Source of the DNA: Trichodelitschia bisporula
Taxonomy: Eukaryota
Assembly (NCBI GenBank): GCA_010356995.1
Contig: ML996692.1
Coordinates: forward strand, 1,003,933 to 1,067,932
Length of the DNA: 64,000 bases
Reading direction: 5' to 3'
Position 1 is the stretch's first letter. Every line of letters starts with the position of its first letter. The notes under the pieces were generated by a model. The model was not told the DNA's origin and did not search any database. It saw only the letters and a program-made list of their open reading frames with translations. Below are positions 57,524 through 64,000 of this stretch, in pieces. The position numbers were made by a program, and so were the translations under genes.

Positions 57524-59811
57524 CTCCGTACTTGCTACTGTTGCACCGGGAATGCAGAAGCAATGCATCGCTACGGAATACCCCGCCAAAGACGAGCTGG
57601 ACTCGGCAGCTTTTGTTCCACCATGTTGCGGTGCCTCGCACACGGACAAGAGACTGGCGCCATGTCGCGGTTTCAACAAAGCTGTGCACTTTTTCAGCGC
57701 ATGGTACGGCAGGTGAATCCATGGATTGCATGTTCAGTGGGAAATAGATATGAAACACGGGCACGATGGAATGGACGACGGCGAAGGTGAGGGCATCGGA
57801 AAAGTATATGAACGGCGCGCGGGGGAGAGAAACCACGCGACTGTGGCGAATTTCTTCTCCATCGCTGCGGGGTAGTCAAGAGGTAAGTATAAGCGCAAGA
57901 GAATCGATGATGCGGCGATGATGCTCTCTTATCTCTTTCCAGCAATTGGGGAGCAGGAGCTGCAGGTTACATCATGCAGTCATCGCTCGATCGCTGCACA
58001 TACGGCTACCGGTAAAGCTCGGGGTTAACCCCGATTCCCGATGGTTGTGGCTGCAGCCCGTTGGGGTTGTTCGAATCAGCACAGACTCACCACGATTGCA
58101 AGCGCTAGAACTACCGTACGGTAGCAAATTGGAGTACGCACTTGACTGGCCTGGGCTGCCAGACACGAGGCCAGCCGCGATCGACTCGCTCCGGTGCGGT
58201 ACTTACGGAGTAAGTACCTCAACCTTTGGTGCTTCGGATCTTCTTTGGGGATATGGGATTTCGGGACTGCCATCCTCATTGATCTTTGACATGGGTGAGA
58301 AGATGAAGGAGATTCAGATGGATATGTGCCGGTTTCCAGCGTCAAGTGAAATGAGATGACGAGGCAAAGCCGCGCCGGACGAAAAAGAAGAGCGCGACAG
58401 CGGGAAAGGAGGCGATCTAAACATTCCAGACTCTTTCAGCCTTCGGGAATTTTAGACAGCAGCCCGCTAAAGCAGTACATAGTCACCACATTCGGTTAGA
58501 TATGCCACACTTTCCCCGAACCTTTGGCCGAAGACGGTCCATTTTGGCCCAGAATACCCCAAGTCCCTACCCAAAAGGCTCGCGTGTGTGGGTCCGGCTG
58601 TGAGCGGCAGCGAGGTGGCAGATGGCAGAGTGGCTCGTGTGTTCTGTGGCGTGGGCCCCATCGCACTCTCCGTCCCCTGCTCGTGGCTTCAAAGCTGTAG
58701 CCCTCTCTATTGGTCGCATCGTCAAGTCCCTTGTGAGGTCGAATGTCGCGCTCCTCCACCACGTCCACCACATCCACCACGTTACCCTCTCTCTCTCCCC
58801 TTCAGACGATATCTTTCTTCTCAACCTCATTTCTCCTTTATCTCTTCTCTTCCTCCCTCCCTCCTCCCTCCTCCCCTCCGTAAGGGAGAACCACCCATCC
58901 ATCTCTAGTATTTGCTCAGGCCTTCCTTTGGTAACGCATAGTCGTGTGCATCTCTCTCTTCCGCTACCGCTACTGCAACCTGTCGCCCTCACCCCCCAAA
59001 GCAAACCCTAGCCCCAAAGTCCTCCACATATCCCTCCCTCTCCCCCTCCGCCCCCAGTCCAAAACGTCCACCGGCCTCTGGCCACACAAAATCGCTGCTT
59101 GGCTTCCGTTCTGCTTTGCATTCCCGCCCTGCGCCCCTCAAATCGCAGCCAGCTCTCTACGCAGTACTCACTCTCTTTCTTTCTCCGTCAAAGTCGAGAT
59201 AATCCTTAGGCAGCTTTTTTCCAGTGGCAGAGAACCCTCCCAGCCCTGGAAGGCAAAAAGCTCCAAGAGTTCCAGACAGCCTCACTTCGTCTTCGTAATC
59301 CTTTCCTAACCACCAAAACGCCACCCATCTCTCACCCCTTTGGCTCTTTGCCCGCTCCTCTTTTCGCCAATCCATCTTTCTCCGCCCTCTCCGCTAGCCG
59401 GTGTACCCCCCCCCCCCACCGACTTCAAAGCCAAGTGTCAGCTGTCTTGACTACCAAGACTCCAAAAGTCCCCTCTTCTCACCCTCCGCGGGAAAACATC
59501 AGCACATCTAGACCTCGCTTGAATCGTTCGCGATAATACCGTCAAGTCTGTTGTTCACTTTGTCGTCCAACCCTGTAATTCGGTCGGCGTACATCAGTCT
59601 CCAGCTAGCCGACGTCCGCAATTGGGTTATGGACAATCACGACAACCTCGCGACTCACAACCGTTTTCTCGACATTTGAGCGCTTACCAATATACCCCAA
59701 TCTCTCTCCGCCACATCGCCGCCGTCTGCTGCGCCAGCTTTGAGCTCTTCGGCTTGAAGCCCATACGGCTTTGCATTCTCTTCCCCGCGAGACTGCGCAA
59801 CAGCTGTGACA

Positions 59812-62800
59812 ATGCGCATCGGAATCCGCTGGCAGCTGGCCGCACTGGTGGTCATCGCGTCTCTCATCGGCCTCGCTGTGGTAACAATCGCAACATGGGT
59901 GCGCTCTCTTTTCCAGTGTGGTCTGATCTCCACCCCATGCTAAAGTCGAATAGGTCACCAACCACAGCTTCGTCCTCGACATACGGTATGTTGATCCCCA
60001 ATCTGAAACCCTCTTCATTCTCAATGCTAACGGTACAGGTCGCAACGCCTGGCCCTTACAGCCTCACTCAAGGCTGGACAAATCGCCGCCAGCCTGCTCC
60101 TCATCCAATCCAGCGTTGGATCCATCTCTACGCGCATCCTCATCCAAAGCGCCCTCCAGCGCTATAATGACCAAGGCAACGATACGGATGCAAATTGGGT
60201 TCGCGCGAACCAGGACCTGGTGACGGCGCTCAACGGCGCGCAACAGAATGGCATCCTGCTGCAGGCCAAGGTTTTCTCCAAAAACGATACGGAGACGGGC
60301 AACAACACGCTCCTCCAGGCTACCGGCTCTGATTTAGGACACCACTGGCGCCTGCCATACGATGACGATAACGGGACCGCTGTCTACCTCGGCGCTGACA
60401 ACCCTCTGGCCTACCCAGATACTCTCTATCCTAACCTGACCTACACTATGGTCAAAGATGAAAGAGGACTTGATGTGTGGCGCGCCGTATTTAACACAGA
60501 GGTCCTAGGTCGCAAGTCCGTTTTGCTGCTTGGGCCGTGGCAGGTAAACCAGAGCTCGTCGCTAGTCTCCCTCACCGTCCCTATCATCAACAACACCTCG
60601 GAGACCGACATCATGGCGTACATGACCGTCGTCGTGAACGCTCAACTCGCGACGCAAGTCGTATCATCGCCGGAAGGCCTCGACGACACTGGCGTCACCA
60701 TGCTCATCGGGCCAGCAAACGCGTCAAATCGCTTTCCGTCCGGCATCGTCAATGCGTCAACCCGTGCGCCAGACAGCGCTGATGTACGCTTTGTAATTGC
60801 GCCCAACAATGCGCTCGGTCGCCACAACGCGCACTCGTACGGCAAGACGCCTTATTTCAGTTACGACAAATTTCCCGCTGTTAAAAAGGCCATTACCAAA
60901 CCGCCTCGCGGCGTCAACGGCGCCGGCAGCGTCATTTCGACTAAGAACGAGCAGGGCGATAATGTGGCCATTGGTTTCGCGCATCCTACGACCGATCTGG
61001 TGGATTGGTGGGTGATAGTGGAACAGTCGCACGACGAGGTGTGGGCGCCGATCAAGCGCCTACGGAATATTCTGGTCGGCTGCGTGTTCGGGACTGCTGC
61101 CGTTCTCATCTTCCTCGCCATCCCCATGGCGCACTTCTCCACGGCACCCATTCGCCGCCTGCGCGACGCGACGCGTAATTCAGTCGCGCCTCCCAATTAT
61201 GCATCCAACGGCCATGGCGATGGGCAGTCGAGCACCCCGCACGACGAGGATGATGACGACGATTACGAGTATGCGCGCAAGGAGGGCTTCCTGGCAACCA
61301 TTTCGAGCTGGCGTCACGTGCACCGGCCCACTCGCCAGGAGCGCAAAGACGAGCAGCGCAAGCGCGCGTTCCGCATACCGGGCAAGGTCAAGGACCGCAA
61401 GCATATCGTCCACGACGAGCTGACGGACTTGACGGCAACGTTCAATGAGATGAGTGATGAACTGGTGGTGAATTACGAAAAGCTCGAGGAGCGTGTCAAG
61501 CAACGGACCGCAGAGCTCGAGGAGAGCAAAAAGGCGGCTGAGGCGGCCAACGAGATGAAGACGCTGTTCGTGGCCAACATCTCACACGAGCTGAAGACGC
61601 CGCTCAACGGCATTATCGGCACGGCGCAGACAGCACAGGCGGAGAGTAATATCGCTAACCTCAAGCGCGACATGCGGACCATCTACTCGCAGGGCGACCT
61701 GCTGAATCAGCTGATCCAGGACTTGTTGAGCTTCAGCAAGAACCAGGTAGGCCACAGCATTGTTCTGGACGAGCGCGAATTCCGTTTGCGCGATATCTAC
61801 ACGCAGGTGTATGCCGTATTCAACCGTACAGCCAAGGAGCGCGGTATCAACCTCACTGTCGAATTCGAGGGGCCACCCGACTACAACAACGTGGACAGCG
61901 GCTTCCGCGATCGCAAAGACTTTGGCCCGCCGGGCACAGGTCGTGTGCGCGACATGCTGGTCTGGGGCGACAAGACGCGCATCTTGCAGGTTATCATCAA
62001 CCTGACGTCGAACAGTCTCAAATTCACCCCCAAGGGCGGATCCGTTGTCGTCAAGATTCGCTGTACAGGAGAGACTGACCCCTCAGTCAGCCGCAAGGGC
62101 TCAATGCTCTCGCGCAGCAACCACTCTGGCCGCAACTCGCGCAACCGAATCTACAGCAACAGCAGCGAGACGTCGGAGGCGCCGTCAGCGTCACGTCTCG
62201 CTCCCGTCGTCGCTACCGCCAACGAAATCAACGCGCTCGAGCGTCCGGCCGGCTTGTCAGGCTCGGCGGCGGCGACAACCCGGGCTGCGTCCCCACCCGT
62301 CGGTGCACGCGAACTAATGTTCGAGTGGGAGGTGCAGGATACGGGTCCCGGCGTGCCGGCCTCGTTACAGGAGAAAGTCTTCGAACCCTTCTTCCAGGGT
62401 GATATGGCGCTGAGCAAGAAATATAGCGGCACGGGCTTGGGACTGAGCATCTGCGCGCAGCTCGCGAAGTTGATGGGCGGGGATATTCGCCTCCAGAGTG
62501 ACGAGGGACAGGGCAGCGTGTTTACGATGCGCATTCCGCTGAAGCAGATCGGTAGCCGTGCGGATAGCACGGCCAGCTCAATTAGCGGTGCGAGGCTTAG
62601 TCGAGATAGCTTCTCCGATTCGGAACGGCCGGACGACGTCAGTCCCGTGCGGCCGAACCCGAGTAAGGCCGCTGCATCATCAACGCCGAGCTTCTTCGAT
62701 GCGGGGACCGAGCCGCGACTCGTTGGCTATTCAGTGCCCTTTTTTACCACAACGTCGTCACCATCGGCGGAGCCATCTGAAGGAGAGAAGGCGGCGCAGC

Positions 62801-63409
62801 AAGCAGCGGATGATGCGGAAGCGGCGGACGGGCGGGCGTTGAAGATCTTGGTCGCCGAGGACAATAAGATGAACCAAGTGGTGGTGTGTCGGATGCTAAA
62901 GCTGGAGAAGATCTATGACGTCAAAGTCGCCGAGGGTGAGTTTCGGGTCTTTCCTTTGCGCCTTTGAAACACTGCTAACAACCACAGACGGCGCCCGGGC
63001 TCTGGAAATGGTCAAAGACAGCATGGCCACCCACAACGAGTACGACCTGATCTTCATGGACGTCCAAATGCCCAACATGGACGGGCTAGAAGCCACGCGG
63101 CTCATCCGCACCGCCGGCTTCCGCGGACCCATCGTCGCGCTCTCCGCTTACTCCGACGACACCAATGTCAAGGGATGCCACGACGCCGGCATGGACGACT
63201 TCGTCTCCAAACCAATTCAACTTGCGCGGCTCAAGCTCGTGCTCAAGACTTTCTGCTCGCAGGAGTACGAGGCGAATCGCGTGTCTGCCGGCGGCGTAAC
63301 CACACCGCCTGCCACGACACCGGCGGCCGCGGGCGGTGATGGGACGAGTAGTCCGAGGAGACGCACGATGAGCGGCCCTGGAAGTCCTGGAATATCGCCG
63401 CTGAGCTAG
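59812..63409 (+). CDS. SLN1: Transmembrane hybrid histidine kinase, group VI (Sln1/TcsB type). Introns 59899-59953, 59986-60038, 62936-62987
   Basis: MRIGIRWQLAALV..TW|VTNHSFVLDI|RSQRLALTASLKA; second TM segment; HAMP DELTDLT.TFNEM; H-box ANISHELKTPLNGI; N-box QVIINLTSNSLKFT; DTGPG, F-box, GTGLGL; receiver ILVAEDN..DLIFMDVQMPNMDG..SKP. Confidence 0.95.
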
Positions 63410-64000
63410 GGGACTCGTAAAGAGAGGAGGTTCTTTACGTTTTTCGGGATACCCTGGCGTTTTTCTTTTTTTTTTGGCGGTTGAAGCGATATTTGTGTGA
63501 GTAACCGAGCGTTGTACATACCTGCATACTGAGCGTTTTTTGCCGGAGGAAGGGCTGATGGGACTGGAAATGGAAAGGGAGATGGTCAGCATACGCACGT
63601 GGGGGTTTTTTCTTTTAAAGGGTTATTCTTGTCTGGCGCTTGGGAGGAGGGGTTGTTGCTCCACGGAGGCTGTTTTTCACAGGCCAATCTTTTTTTTTTG
63701 CATCGTTTACCTTCACGCACACAAAATGGGAGGGGGTTTTTTTTTTAATTAGTCGGTAAACGACGGCGGGGATTTTTGGGTTCGGCGTCTCGGCGGGGCG
63801 ATGGGGGGATTCCGCCTGCTTTGCTTTTCCTTACTGTGGAGAGGGAGGGGGTGGGGTGGGGATGCTGCCGTTGTGTACATGGACGATGTGAGGGGAGGGG
63901 GAGGGGGAGGGGGAGTAATAGGTGGTGATGGAGTTGATGAAAAGTTAGGAGTGGGGTGGGAGCGGGTGCCCCCGAGAAGGGTGTATAGTACGATATGCAT

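Overview
Eukaryotic, intron-containing genomic DNA from a filamentous ascomycete (Pezizomycotina; Dothideomycete-like by inference). Introns are mostly 43-75 nt GT-AG with CTAAC/CTGAC branch points. About 20 protein-coding genes were reconstructed by hand-splicing: SulP/STAS anion transporter (5' partial), a short Cmr1-like C2H2+Zn2Cys6 transcription factor, PXA1, RAX1, an APH/kinase-like protein, an MCT-type MFS, a small membrane protein, U5-40K WD40, BET3, SOM1, MCR1, RPA43, an orphan with a MazF/PemK-like domain, a long MFS, a NIT3-type amidase, a large membrane-anchored disordered protein, L-rhamnonate dehydratase divergent from an RhaR-like regulator, an F-box-like protein and an SLN1-type hybrid histidine kinase. 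I found no tRNA, rRNA, CRISPR array or intact transposon. Best leads: (1) the spliced orphan at 32.4-33.9 kb, whose core lines up element by element with MazF/PemK endoribonucleases and sits in a locus with nested duplications; (2) a Cmr1-like factor lacking its C-terminal two thirds, outside any melanin cluster; (3) a long, structured last intron in the U5-40K gene; (4) a probable APH pseudokinase; (5) alternating C-rich/G-rich blocks running through coding sequences. All family assignments come from motif recognition by eye, not database searches.
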